DNA of 64,000 nucleotides, taken from NCBI GenBank assembly GCA_963805495.1, contig CAWDUQ010000002.1:17244-81243 (forward strand), in the 5' to 3' direction. How positions within the stretch are numbered: position 1 is the stretch's first letter; every line of letters begins with the position of its first letter. Below are positions 16,844 to 26,204 of this stretch, one piece after another. The stretch is from an uncultured Acidobacteriota bacterium. Lineage in GTDB: Bacteria > Acidobacteriota > Thermoanaerobaculia > UBA5066 > Gp7-AA6. Made by a program: the position numbers and the translations under genes. The notes beneath the pieces are model-generated. The model searched no databases. It worked only from the letters and a program-made list of their open reading frames with translations, and was not told where the DNA came from.

Positions 16844-16878
16844 AAAGGGCGGCTCGCGTGAGCCGCCCTTTCTCTTTT
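16844..16878 (+). terminator. Rho-independent terminator
   Basis: AAAGGGCGGCTC-GCGT-GAGCCGCCCTTT followed by CTCTTTT. Confidence 0.7.
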
Positions 16879-17089
16879 GCGGCGTGCTCGCTTTGGGCGC
16901 GTTGCCATCGTTCGGGCCGGCGAGTTGTCGCGCCTCGGATCTTCGGTGAGCACGCGGCCGCCCGGTGTGATACGGTGGAGATCCTTCAAAGAACGAGTCG
17001 GCCTCGGAACCTTGTCGTCGCCGTCCTTCCTTTCGAAGTCGGGAAACGCCCGATGGAGGTCAACCATCCAAGGACCCAGGAGTACTGCC

Positions 17090-17386
17090 ATGAGATTCGC
17101 ACGCAATGTCCAGTTCCGCATCAAGACCGGCAAAGAGCAGGAGTTCAACGGCCTGTTTGAGAAGGAAGTTCTTCCGATGCTGCGCAAGCAGGACGGCTTT
17201 CAGGAGGAACTGACGATGGTCAGCCCGACGGGCGCCCACGCCATCAGCCTCTGGAACGACCGCAAGAGCGCCGAGAACTACAAGACCTCGACCTATCCGC
17301 AGGTCCTCGCCAAGCTCACCACGGTCATCGAGGGAACCCCGACGGTCGAGACCTACGAGACCGCCTCTTCCTACGCTCGCGCGTAA
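17090..17386 (+). CDS. Small ABM/dimeric alpha-beta-barrel-like protein
   Basis: 98 aa. MRFARNVQFRIKTGKEQEFNGLFEKEVLPMLRKQDGFQEEL..ISLWNDRKSAENY resembles an antibiotic-biosynthesis-monooxygenase-like fold. Confidence 0.55.
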   Translation: MRFARNVQFRIKTGKEQEFNGLFEKEVLPMLRKQDGFQEELTMVSPTGAHAISLWNDRKSAENYKTSTYPQVLAKLTTVIEGTPTVETYETASSYARA

Positions 17387-17423
17387 GAGAGTTTCTGGAG
17401 CGGGCGTTCGCGCCCGTTCATCC

Positions 17424-17451
17424 GAGGCCCCGACGGGGGCCTCTTTTTTTT
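17424..17451. terminator. Rho-independent terminator between convergent genes
   Basis: GAGGCCCC-GACG-GGGGCCTC followed by T8. Confidence 0.8.
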
Positions 17452-17513
17452 GCCCTCGCGCGCGTTGGCGCGGACGGCCGCCATCGCGCCGGGAAGGGAA
17501 GCCCGCCGGCGCG

Positions 17514-19094
17514 TCAGGTCGACGCGGAAGAGACCGTATTCTTCACGCCCCACGCTGCGCAGCCCGACCCGGAGAGCGCGAGGGCGCCGCAGATCCAGCA
17601 AATGAGACGAAAGGACGAATCGAGCGCGTCTTTCACGGCGACCTCGATGGCCTGTTTCTCCGCGGGCGCGGCCCCGGGCGGCGGCTCCATCGCGCCGAGC
17701 TTTCGGCGTTCGGGCTCGAGGAGCCGGCGGGTGGACGCGGATACGCCCGCGTTGTCGAGGCGTCGATCGAGCGCGCGGTCGAACGCCGCCTCGGCGACGA
17801 TCCCGAAGGCCGCGATCGCGAGCAGTCCCGCGACACGCGCGACCGCGTTGTTGATGCCGGAGGCGGTTCCGGCGGCCTCGCGCGGCACGGAGTCGAGGAC
17901 GGTCGTCGTCAGCGGCGCGACCGTCGCGGCCATTCCGAGGCCGAGGGTCGCCATGGCCGGCAGCAGGGACGCTGCGTAGGAGTGGGCGCTCGGCAGCGCC
18001 GCCAGGAGGCCGAATCCGGCGGCGGCGACGACGGGCCCGGCGACGAGGAGAGGTCGGGCACCGATGCGGTCGGCGAGCCTGCCGGCGGTACGGGACAGAA
18101 GCGACACGAGGACGACGAGCGGGAGGATCGCCGCGCCCGCGGCCAGCGGAGTGTAGCCGCGGGCCTGGATGAGGTCGAAGGGGAGGAAGAAGAACATCGC
18201 GCCGAGGGCGGCATAGAGAAAGAGCGTCAGGAGGTTGACCGACGTGAACGTCCGCAATCGGAAGAGCGCGGGTGGAACCATCGGCGTCGGCGAGTGCCGC
18301 TCGACGACGACGAAGGCGAAGAGCGCGGCGAGGCCTCCGGCCAGGGGTAACCACGCCCCGCGACCCTGCCAGCCGGCGGCCGGAGCCTCGATCAGGCCGT
18401 AGATCAGGGCCCCGAGCCCGACCGTCGCGAGGACCGCGCCCGGCAGATCGAGCCCGGCGGCCGAGGGGTTTCGGCTCTCCGGGACCTTCGAGCGCGTGAT
18501 CAGGAGGACCGCCGCGGCGATGGGGAGGTTGACCAGGAAGATCGCTCGCCAGGAGACGGCCTCGACGAGCCAGCCGCCGAGGGCCGGAGCGATGATCGTG
18601 GCGACGGCGGTCAGGGACGACCAGGTGCCGATCGCGCGTCCGCGTTGCGCCGGCGGAAACGAGGCCCCGAGGATCGCGAGGCTCGACGGGACGAGCAGGG
18701 CCGCGCCGATGCCCTGCACGGCGCGGGCGGCCACGAGCATGGGAAGACCGTTGGCGAGGCCGCAGGCGAGGGAAGCCGCGCCGAAGACGGCCGTTCCGAG
18801 CGTGAAGATGCGGCGCCGCCCGTAGATGTCGGCGAGCGACCCGCCGACGAGCACGAGGGAGGAGAGCAGAAGGAGGTAGGCCTCCACGATCCACTGCGCT
18901 CCCGAGACGGACGCCCCGAGGCGGGACTGGAGCACGGGAAGCGCGACGCTGACGACGGTCCCGTCGATGAACGCCATGCTCGACCCGAGAATCGTCGCGG
19001 CGAGAACCCACGCGCCGTCGCGCGGATCGCACGGCGCCGTTCCCGACTGTCGGATGACCCCCTCGTCGCAGGGTCCCGGACGCACCGACGACAT
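17514..19094 (-). CDS. MFS transporter, DHA2 (EmrB/QacA, 14-TMS) family
   Basis: ..FIDGTVVSVALPVLQ..WIVEAYLLLLSSLVLVGGSLADIYGRRRIF.. is the DHA2 signature. The protein is 526 aa with many TM segments. Confidence 0.9.
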   Translation of the reverse strand: MSSVRPGPCDEGVIRQSGTAPCDPRDGAWVLAATILGSSMAFIDGTVVSVALPVLQSRLGASVSGAQWIVEAYLLLLSSLVLVGGSLADIYGRRRIFTLGTAVFGAASLACGLANGLPMLVAARAVQGIGAALLVPSSLAILGASFPPAQRGRAIGTWSSLTAVATIIAPALGGWLVEAVSWRAIFLVNLPIAAAVLLITRSKVPESRNPSAAGLDLPGAVLATVGLGALIYGLIEAPAAGWQGRGAWLPLAGGLAALFAFVVVERHSPTPMVPPALFRLRTFTSVNLLTLFLYAALGAMFFFLPFDLIQARGYTPLAAGAAILPLVVLVSLLSRTAGRLADRIGARPLLVAGPVVAAAGFGLLAALPSAHSYAASLLPAMATLGLGMAATVAPLTTTVLDSVPREAAGTASGINNAVARVAGLLAIAAFGIVAEAAFDRALDRRLDNAGVSASTRRLLEPERRKLGAMEPPPGAAPAEKQAIEVAVKDALDSSFRLICWICGALALSGSGCAAWGVKNTVSSAST

Positions 19095-19240
19095 GGCCGG
19101 ACTATTTCACGAGGCCCGGCGCCCGCCGACAGCACCCGACAGTAACGCTCAACCCGTGTCGTCCCCGCGCGATTTCCGGTTTGCAGAAACTTTACGTAAC
19201 GGCGGGAGGGCGCGGCTCGTATTCGAATAGAGGAGGATCA

Positions 19241-20269
19241 ATGGATACCGAAAGTCTGCAAGCGACGAGATCTCCCGCAGTCGTCACGCGCGCGAGAGAA
19301 CGAACGGACAAGGGGAGAGGATCCACGCACGTCGTCATCCTCGCTGGCGGCGACGGCACGAGGCTGCGCTCGCTGACGCGCGCGCTGACCGGCGACGACC
19401 GACCCAAGCAGTTCTGCGCGCTCACGGGACGCGAACCGATGGTGGTGCAGACGATCCGGCGCGCGGCCCTCGTCGCGGCGTCCGACCGGATCCTCATCGT
19501 CCTCAATCGGCGACACGAGGAGTGGTATCGGGGGATTCTCGACGGCACGCCCGGCTCCTCGCTCCTGGTGCAGCCCGAGAACCGCGGGACGGCGACGGCC
19601 GTGCTCTACGCGCTGCTCCGCATCGCGGCCGAGAATCCGAACGCTCCGGTCGTGATCCTTCCGGCGGACCACTGGGTTTCGAGCGATTCGGCTTTCATGC
19701 TCTACGCGCAGGCGGCGGTCGGCGTCGTCGAGGCGCATACCAACCTCGTGGCGCTGCTCGGGGTCGAGCCGACTCGCGCGGAGGGGCAATACGGCTGGAT
19801 CGAGCCGGGCGACGCGATGCTCGGCGACTGGCGCGGCCTGTCGCGCGTCGCCCGCTTCGTCGAGAAGCCGTCGCCCGAGCTCGCGGAGGCGCTCCTGCGC
19901 CGCGGCACGAGCCTCTGGAACACCTCGGTCGTGGTGGGGCAGGTCGAGCAGCTCATGCTCCTCTTCGCGATGGCGAACCCGGCGCTCGTCGACTCCTTCC
20001 TGGAGATCTGGACGCTGCTGGGCTCGCCGGCGGAGACGGGGGCCGTCGAGCGGATGTACGCGCGGCTGCCGGTCGCGGACCTGTCCCGGCACGTTCTGGC
20101 GAGTCAGCCCCACGCCCTCTCCGTCCTCGCGGTGCGCGGGACGGCCTGGGAGGACCTCGGGCACCCGCGGGGTCTCGTCGAGGCGCGCCGCCTCTCGACC
20201 CTGCAGCCGGCGCCGCGCGGACGGATCCGCGTGCGGGGACGTTCGGGCGAGCGCCGCGGCTACGCGTAG
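19241..20269 (+). CDS. Sugar-phosphate nucleotidyltransferase (mannose-1-phosphate guanylyltransferase-like)
   Basis: AGGAGGA lies upstream of the ATG. ILAGGDGTRLRSLT...RPKQF and ILPADHW motifs are present. Confidence 0.75.
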   Translation: MDTESLQATRSPAVVTRARERTDKGRGSTHVVILAGGDGTRLRSLTRALTGDDRPKQFCALTGREPMVVQTIRRAALVAASDRILIVLNRRHEEWYRGILDGTPGSSLLVQPENRGTATAVLYALLRIAAENPNAPVVILPADHWVSSDSAFMLYAQAAVGVVEAHTNLVALLGVEPTRAEGQYGWIEPGDAMLGDWRGLSRVARFVEKPSPELAEALLRRGTSLWNTSVVVGQVEQLMLLFAMANPALVDSFLEIWTLLGSPAETGAVERMYARLPVADLSRHVLASQPHALSVLAVRGTAWEDLGHPRGLVEARRLSTLQPAPRGRIRVRGRSGERRGYA

Positions 20270-20304
20270 ACGCTCCGGCGAAGCGGCCGCGGCCCGGTCA
20301 CAAA

Positions 20305-20334
20305 GAAAACGGCGCCCCGAAGGGCGCCGTTTTC
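20305..20334. terminator. Bidirectional rho-independent terminator
   Basis: GAAAACGGCGCCC-CGAA-GGGCGCCGTTTTC, between convergent genes. Confidence 0.8.
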
Positions 20335-20351
20335 TTGCCGCCCCGGAAGGA

Positions 20352-20720
20352 TCAGTTCCAGTAGGGCCGGGTCTCGTAGTAGGAGTAGACCTTCGTCCCG
20401 AACGTCCGATCGGTCATGTCCGGCCAGTGGTCCTTGTCGAAGCCGGGCGCGTTCTTGAGCTTCTCCTTGTCCACGTCGAGGACGAACTTCTTGTCCTCGC
20501 GCGAGAGCTTCAGCGCCTGCATCGGGACGGCGAAGAGCTTGTCGCCCACCCCGAGGAACCCGCCGAAGGAGAGGACGGCGTAGCCGACCCGTCCCTGCTC
20601 CGGATCGATCATCAGGTCTTCGATCTTGCCGAGATCTTCGCCCTTGCGGTTGACGACCGCGTCGCCGATCAGCGTGGACGCCGAAAGCGTGCTGCGGTCG
20701 TTGATGGTGGTTGTGTTCAT
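20352..20720 (-). CDS. PRC-barrel domain protein
   Basis: AGGAGG lies 4 nt upstream of the ATG. LIGDAVVNRKGEDLGKIEDLMIDPEQGRVGYAVLSFGGFLGVGDKLFAVP is a PRC-barrel pattern. Confidence 0.8.
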   Translation of the reverse strand: MNTTTINDRSTLSASTLIGDAVVNRKGEDLGKIEDLMIDPEQGRVGYAVLSFGGFLGVGDKLFAVPMQALKLSREDKKFVLDVDKEKLKNAPGFDKDHWPDMTDRTFGTKVYSYYETRPYWN

Positions 20721-20859
20721 GAAACCTCCTGAAACGGAAAAGGACCCAAAACCCTGGTTCCCGGGAGACGGTTGGAGCCCCACCGGAACCACTTCCACGG
20801 GGCGAGCGCCCTGGCGGACACTCGAGCCGTTTTCACCCTACCGCCCGAAAAAGCGGATG

Positions 20860-22773
20860 TCAACCCGGGGGTTCCGGCGTCCTCGGCGGGGAATGTTTCA
20901 GATATTTCTCGAACCAGCGGGTCACGGCGACCGCCGAGCGGATGCGGTTGGCGGTCCTCCGCCAGCCGTGTCCTTCGTCGGGAAAGAGGACGTATTCGAC
21001 GGGGACTCCCCGCTTCTTGAGGCTTTCGACGACCTGTTCCGCTTCGACGACGGGAACGTTCGTGTCGTTGGCGCCGTGGAGGACGATCGTCGGCGCGGTC
21101 ACGCGGTCGACCTTGTGGATCGGGGAAAGGCTCCGCAGGAGCTCGGCCTGCGTGTCGGGGTCGCCGTACTCGGTCTTCGAGATCGCCGCCATCCACGGCT
21201 CGGTCTGCTTGAAGAAGGTCTCGAAGTTGACGACGCCGAAGAGGTCGGCGCCGGCGGCGAAGAGCTCCGGGTACTCGGTCAGGCCGGCCATGACCATGTA
21301 TCCGCCGTAGGAGCCGCCCATGATTCCGATGCGCGCCGGATCGGCCACGCCCGTCTTCTCGATCGCGGCGACGCAGTCCCGGATGTCGCGCACACCCTCG
21401 ACCCGCAGCGCCCCGTTGTCGAGGTTGACGAAGCGTTTCCCGAAGCCGGCCGAGCCCCGCACGTTGGGCGCGAAGACCGCGATGCCACGCGAGAGGAGCG
21501 CCTGGTAGAGGCTGTTGAAATTGGGCCGCTCCTGGCCCTCGGGCCCGCCGTGGAACGACAGCACGGCGGGGTAGGGCGCCTTACCGGTCGTCGGCGCGTA
21601 GAGCCAGCCGGACAGATCGAGCCCGTCATGGGCCTTGAAGCGGACGAGCTCGGGGCGGACGAGCTTTCCGAGGTCGACGCCGGCGTGCGGGCTCTTCGTC
21701 ACCTGGCGGAAAACGCCCGTGCCGACGTCCATGACCCAGACGTCCGCGGGCGTCGCCGCGCCCGAGACGACGAGCGCGAGCGCCCGGCCGTCCGGCGAAA
21801 ACTCGAGGCCGTTCGCGAGCTCCGCGGGCAGCCTGGGTCGCAGGATCGACCGGCGGGTCTCGAGGTCGAAGAGCTCGAGGTCGCTGCGGCCCGAGACGTT
21901 CCAGAGAATCGCGGCGGTCGTCCCGGCGTCGTCGATGACGAAGGATGCGATCTCGGCGTCGGCCCGCTCGGCGAGGACGTTGGTCCGGCCGGGACGTCCG
22001 GACGGGGAAAGCTCGAGGCGCGCGAAGGCCGTGCGGTCGCGGCCGGCGTCGGTCTCGAGGTACACGGCGCGGCCGTCCCGGGCGAAGGCCCCCGAGAAAT
22101 TGCCGGGGCCCTCGTGCGGCGTCAGGAGGGTTTCCCGGCCGCTCGCGAGGTCGACGAGGTAGAGATCGTTGTCGCCGCGTTGGACGAGGCGGTACAGAAG
22201 CGCGAATCTCTTGTCGCGCGAGACGTCCTCGTACGCTCCGATGCCGCGGTTCTCGGTCACGAGGCGCGAGGAGCCCGTGGCCACGTCGTAGACGTACGAG
22301 TCGATCGCCGCCCCGCTTCTTCGGTTCGATCCGAGCACGAGGAGGCTTCCGTCGTACGACCACGGGCCCAGTCGATTCGTCTCCTTGCCGCCCTCGGTCA
22401 GGCGTTTCATGTCCGTGCCGTCGGGGCGTATCAGGTAAACCTGCTCGTTCATGCCGCCGCCCGGCGCCACGGTGAAAGCGAGCCACGCGCCGTCGGGCGA
22501 CCATGCGACGAAGCCGACCGGGTCGTCCAGGGCCGTGACGAGCTGCGGATATCCGCCCGCGGCGTCGACCGTCCACACCTGCGGCAGGCCTCCGAGGTTC
22601 GTGACGAATGCGAGCGTCCGGCCGTCGGGCGAGAAGGAGGGGGAACTCGCGCTCCCGATCTTCGCCATGAGCGCGACGGAGCGCTCGAGATCGTCGGCCT
22701 GCGCGAGCGCGGAGGCGGCGGCCGCGAGGGCCCCGACCGCCGAAACGAGGATCGTTCTGAGCCTGGAGCGCAT
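20860..22773 (-). CDS. S9-family serine peptidase (prolyl oligopeptidase / acylaminoacyl-peptidase type) with an N-terminal TolB-like propeller
   Basis: It has a signal peptide, propeller repeats (SPDG..LAF) and the catalytic GGSYGGYM motif. The C-terminal ..HGANDTNVP.. and ..DEGHG.. complete the triad pattern. Confidence 0.9.
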   Translation of the reverse strand: MRSRLRTILVSAVGALAAAASALAQADDLERSVALMAKIGSASSPSFSPDGRTLAFVTNLGGLPQVWTVDAAGGYPQLVTALDDPVGFVAWSPDGAWLAFTVAPGGGMNEQVYLIRPDGTDMKRLTEGGKETNRLGPWSYDGSLLVLGSNRRSGAAIDSYVYDVATGSSRLVTENRGIGAYEDVSRDKRFALLYRLVQRGDNDLYLVDLASGRETLLTPHEGPGNFSGAFARDGRAVYLETDAGRDRTAFARLELSPSGRPGRTNVLAERADAEIASFVIDDAGTTAAILWNVSGRSDLELFDLETRRSILRPRLPAELANGLEFSPDGRALALVVSGAATPADVWVMDVGTGVFRQVTKSPHAGVDLGKLVRPELVRFKAHDGLDLSGWLYAPTTGKAPYPAVLSFHGGPEGQERPNFNSLYQALLSRGIAVFAPNVRGSAGFGKRFVNLDNGALRVEGVRDIRDCVAAIEKTGVADPARIGIMGGSYGGYMVMAGLTEYPELFAAGADLFGVVNFETFFKQTEPWMAAISKTEYGDPDTQAELLRSLSPIHKVDRVTAPTIVLHGANDTNVPVVEAEQVVESLKKRGVPVEYVLFPDEGHGWRRTANRIRSAVAVTRWFEKYLKHSPPRTPEPPG

Positions 22774-22885
22774 GTCGTCCTCCCCGGCCGCCTAGCCTAG
22801 CTGTGAGTTCTCGAGACGCTGTTTACCACGCCGGCTATCCCCTTCCCTTCCTGAAACGACTCCAGAAATGGCCGCGCCCCGGCAC

Positions 22886-22983
22886 GTAGGGGCGCCCCTT
22901 GCGGGCGCCCTCTCCTGTGCCGTTCGAGCGGCGGCACGCGAATCGTCAGCGCGTCGTCGGGCGGCCACGAGGGCCGCCCCTAC
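22886..22983. repeat. Convergent pair of family-2 REP units
   Basis: 22886-22910: GTAG GGGCGCCC CTTGC GGGCGCCC. 22959-22983 reverse complement: GTAG GGGCGGCC CTCGT GGCCGCCC. The pair lies inside a 427-nt divergent intergenic region. Confidence 0.8.
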
Positions 22984-23200
22984 AGCCAGGGTCCCACCGC
23001 GCCACGGTGCGTGAATAACCTGTTGAGAAACGACACCTCGCGCGGCGGGGAGGGCGGCCGGACGTGAACCTGCATTCGAAGGCGTCGGCGGTCGAGTTCC
23101 GTGGGAGCACGTCTCCGCGCGTTCCGCCGTCTGGACTCCCGCGCCGCGCGTGTGGTGTGATCGTCCCCTTCGATCCCTCGACACGACAACGGAGGTCCCG

Positions 23201-24463
23201 ATGAAGGCGATCCGCGTGCTCGTTTCGACCCTCGGACTGCTCGCGGCCGGGGCGCTGCCCGCCCAGGTCACGGCGATCCGCGCCGGGCAGCTCGTCGACC
23301 CGGCGACGGGTGCGACGTCCCGCGACCAGATCATCCTCGTCGAGGGAGGCCGGATCACGGCGGTCGGACCCTCGGTCGCGATTCCGAAGAACGCGGCGGT
23401 CGTCGACCTCTCGATGCGGACCGTGATGCCGGGCTTCTTCGACGTCCACACGCACCTCTGCCTGAACCTCGACACGCAGGGGGGCGCGGGGCTGCCGGCG
23501 CTGCTGCGGTCGCTCCTGGCGGCGACCGCGATCGAAACGACGGCCTATCGCTCGATCGAGGGGGTCCAGAACGCCCTCGAGATGCTCCGCTCGGGATTCA
23601 CGACCGTGCGCGACGTCGGCAACGCCGGCAACTATGCCGACACGGCTTTGCGGCGCGCGATCGAGAACGGCCTCGTGCCCGGGCCGACCGTCGTCAACGC
23701 CGGCCGGATCATCGGCCCCTTCGGCGGCCAGTACCACGACCTGCCTCCCGAGCGGGCCGACATCGCGTTTCCGGAGTACCTGTACGCCGACACGCCGGAC
23801 GAGATGGTCCGGGCGGTGCGGCAGAACGTGGCGTTCGGCGCGCAGCTCATCAAGATCGCCGTAGACGACCAGCCGTACCTCTACTCGGTCGAGGACGTGA
23901 AGACGATCGTGCGCGAGGCCTCGAACTCGGGAGTCAAGGTGGCGGCGCACTGCGCCACGGACGCCGGCTCACGGATCGCCGCGGAGGGCGGGGTGGCGTC
24001 GGTCGAGCACGGGTACCGGGCGTCGGACCCGACGCTCGAGCTCATGAAGGCGAGGGGCGTCTATCTCGTCGGCACCGACTTCACGACGCAGGCCGCGCAC
24101 GCGATGGGCATGGACGACTACCATCCTCTGGTCGTCGACCGCCTCCGGCGCGCCTACCGGATCGGCACCCCGGTCGCGTTCGGCACCGACGTGTGCTTCA
24201 TCAAGCCGGGGGAGACGCGCGGCACCCTCTCGATCGAGTTCATCACGAGCTTCGTCGAGGCCGGCGTGACGCCGAGGCAGATCCTCCAGGCGATGACCGT
24301 CAACGCGGCGCGGCTGATGGGAATGGAGAAGGAGCGCGGCGCGATCGCTCCCGGCTACCGGGCCGACCTCGTCGGGACGCCCGACAACCCGCTCGAAAAG
24401 ATCGACACCCTGCGCCGGGTCCGGTTCGTCATGAAAGACGGCAAGGTCGTTCGGAACGACTGA
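23201..24463 (+). CDS. Secreted amidohydrolase-family metallo-hydrolase
   Basis: GGAGG lies upstream of the ATG and there is a signal peptide. ..VMPGFFDVHTHL.. (HxH) and ..KVAAHC.. / ..SVEHG.. motifs fit the amidohydrolase superfamily. Confidence 0.85.
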   Translation: MKAIRVLVSTLGLLAAGALPAQVTAIRAGQLVDPATGATSRDQIILVEGGRITAVGPSVAIPKNAAVVDLSMRTVMPGFFDVHTHLCLNLDTQGGAGLPALLRSLLAATAIETTAYRSIEGVQNALEMLRSGFTTVRDVGNAGNYADTALRRAIENGLVPGPTVVNAGRIIGPFGGQYHDLPPERADIAFPEYLYADTPDEMVRAVRQNVAFGAQLIKIAVDDQPYLYSVEDVKTIVREASNSGVKVAAHCATDAGSRIAAEGGVASVEHGYRASDPTLELMKARGVYLVGTDFTTQAAHAMGMDDYHPLVVDRLRRAYRIGTPVAFGTDVCFIKPGETRGTLSIEFITSFVEAGVTPRQILQAMTVNAARLMGMEKERGAIAPGYRADLVGTPDNPLEKIDTLRRVRFVMKDGKVVRND

Positions 24464-24522
24464 CAGGGGGGAGTGCGCGCGGACGTTTAGGGCATAGGAT
24501 GGGCCGCAGACGAGAGGGGTCC

Positions 24523-26085
24523 ATGAAGCGTCCCGTGCCCGGCGTCCGCTCTCGGAGCGGCGCCCGTCCGATGAGCGCCCTTGCGCGGATTCGCGCGGCG
24601 TCCGCCATTGGCGCGCTGATCTTCGCCGGCGCCTGCAGCTCCCAGCCGGGCAAGCCTGCGGCCGCCCCGCCGGCGCCGGCCGCTCCCTGCACCGGGACCC
24701 TCGGGATCGAGGCGGTCCCGGCGTCGGAGGAGATGCGGCGCACGCTCGGCCTGCCGGCGGACTTTCACGGCGCGATCGTCGGCGGCGTTCTCGCGGGAGG
24801 ACCGGGGGCGGAGGCCGGCCTGCAGATCGGCGACATCGTCGAAAAGGTCGGCGACCAGGATATCGAGAACGACTGCGACTTCAGCGACGTGGCCCACAAC
24901 CGCTCCTGCGACCCGGTGCGTGTCGAATTGAAGCGGGGGGGGAAGGCCGTCGAAGCGACGTTGAAGCCCGTCGACCAGACCACGTTCTACGGCAAGGCCT
25001 GCGCCGAGGGGGTCGCCGCCGCCTGCTTCCGCGAGGGCTGGCTGCAGTGGAAGCGCAGCGGGGGGGGCGCCGAGAGCCAGGGGCGGGCGCTCGCCCTCTT
25101 CACGACCGCCTGCCACGCCGGCTCCGCCGAGGGCTGCGCCTACCAGGCCCTCGCGGCGACCGACTCGCCGGATCACGCCGGGGAGGCGCTCGCGGCGGCG
25201 ACCCGCGCGTGCGACCTCGGCAGCGGCGCCGGCTGCGCGAACCTCGGCTTTCTCTACGCGACCGGAAAGCTCGTCGCGAAGGACGACGCGCGCGCGGCGA
25301 AGTTCTACGTCCGGTCGTGCGAGCTGGGCGACGCGCAGGGCTGCTACAACGCCGGACTGATGTCGGACGACGGGCGGGGGACGCACGCGGACCCGGCCGC
25401 CGCGGCCGCCCGGTACACCGAGGCGTGCGACCTGGGCAGCTCGACGGCGTGCACGAACCTCGGCTTCCTCTACGAACGCGGCCGCGGAGTGAAGGCGGAC
25501 CGGTCGCGCGCCTTCGCCCTGTACGAGCAGGGGTGCCGCGGGTCGAGCTGCCAGCCGTCGAACCTCGGCGGATGCGTCAACGTGGGCCGGGCGTACCGGG
25601 ACGGCATCGGCGTGGCGAAGAACGAGGCCAAGGCGGCGGAGGTCTTTCGCGAGGCCTGCGACCGCAAGCCCGTGTCCGCCGACATCCACGCCGCCGAGAA
25701 CGGATCGCGCGCCTGTTCGTTGCTCGGCGCGCTCTACCTCGCGGGGGACGGCATCGAGAAGGACCTCGACAGCGGGCGCAAGCTCTCCGAGCTCGGCTGC
25801 GAGCGCGGCGATTCCTTCGGCTGCTTCAACGCGGCCGCGGTCTACGCGAGCGGCTCGGGGGTGGCGGCCGACCCGGCGACCGCCGCGTCGTTTCTCGAGA
25901 AGGCGTGCGCGGGAGGAGACGGCGAAGGCTGCCACGATCTCGCGGTCGCGTACGAAAAGGGCAACGGGGTCAAGCGCGACACGGCCCGTGCCGCGGAGCT
26001 CGACAAGAAGTCGTGCGAGCTCGGCTTCGAGAAGGCCTGCCCGAAGAAGCCGAAGCCGAAGTCGAAGAGGAAGCCCAAGAACTGA
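24523..26085 (+). CDS. Lipoprotein with a PDZ domain and Sel1-like (SLR, Cys-rich) repeats
   Basis: The lipobox-like segment is IFAGAC. The PDZ-like segment is GAIVGGVLAGGPGAEAGLQIGDIVEKVGD. It is followed by repeated A..(F/Y)...C..G...GC.NLG.(L/M)Y..G.GV..D units and a Lys/Pro-rich tail. Confidence 0.8.
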   Translation: MKRPVPGVRSRSGARPMSALARIRAASAIGALIFAGACSSQPGKPAAAPPAPAAPCTGTLGIEAVPASEEMRRTLGLPADFHGAIVGGVLAGGPGAEAGLQIGDIVEKVGDQDIENDCDFSDVAHNRSCDPVRVELKRGGKAVEATLKPVDQTTFYGKACAEGVAAACFREGWLQWKRSGGGAESQGRALALFTTACHAGSAEGCAYQALAATDSPDHAGEALAAATRACDLGSGAGCANLGFLYATGKLVAKDDARAAKFYVRSCELGDAQGCYNAGLMSDDGRGTHADPAAAAARYTEACDLGSSTACTNLGFLYERGRGVKADRSRAFALYEQGCRGSSCQPSNLGGCVNVGRAYRDGIGVAKNEAKAAEVFREACDRKPVSADIHAAENGSRACSLLGALYLAGDGIEKDLDSGRKLSELGCERGDSFGCFNAAAVYASGSGVAADPATAASFLEKACAGGDGEGCHDLAVAYEKGNGVKRDTARAAELDKKSCELGFEKACPKKPKPKSKRKPKN

Positions 26086-26204
26086 GTGGTCGACGGGGGC
26101 TGCCCGTCGCGGGAGTCCCCCGTGGGGCTGCGTTCGAGCGTGCGTGCCGGCGCGTCGGGAGCGGTCCGAGGGCTGAAAAGCGCCCGTCCGACACGGAGCA
26201 CGTC

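Noticed and set aside
22774-23200. Small ORFs (for example 22980-23189, minus strand) in the 427-nt divergent intergenic region.
   Set aside because: Their translations are Arg-rich and are partly encoded by the two family-2 REP hairpins. There is no ribosome-binding site, so the region is better explained as promoters plus REPs.
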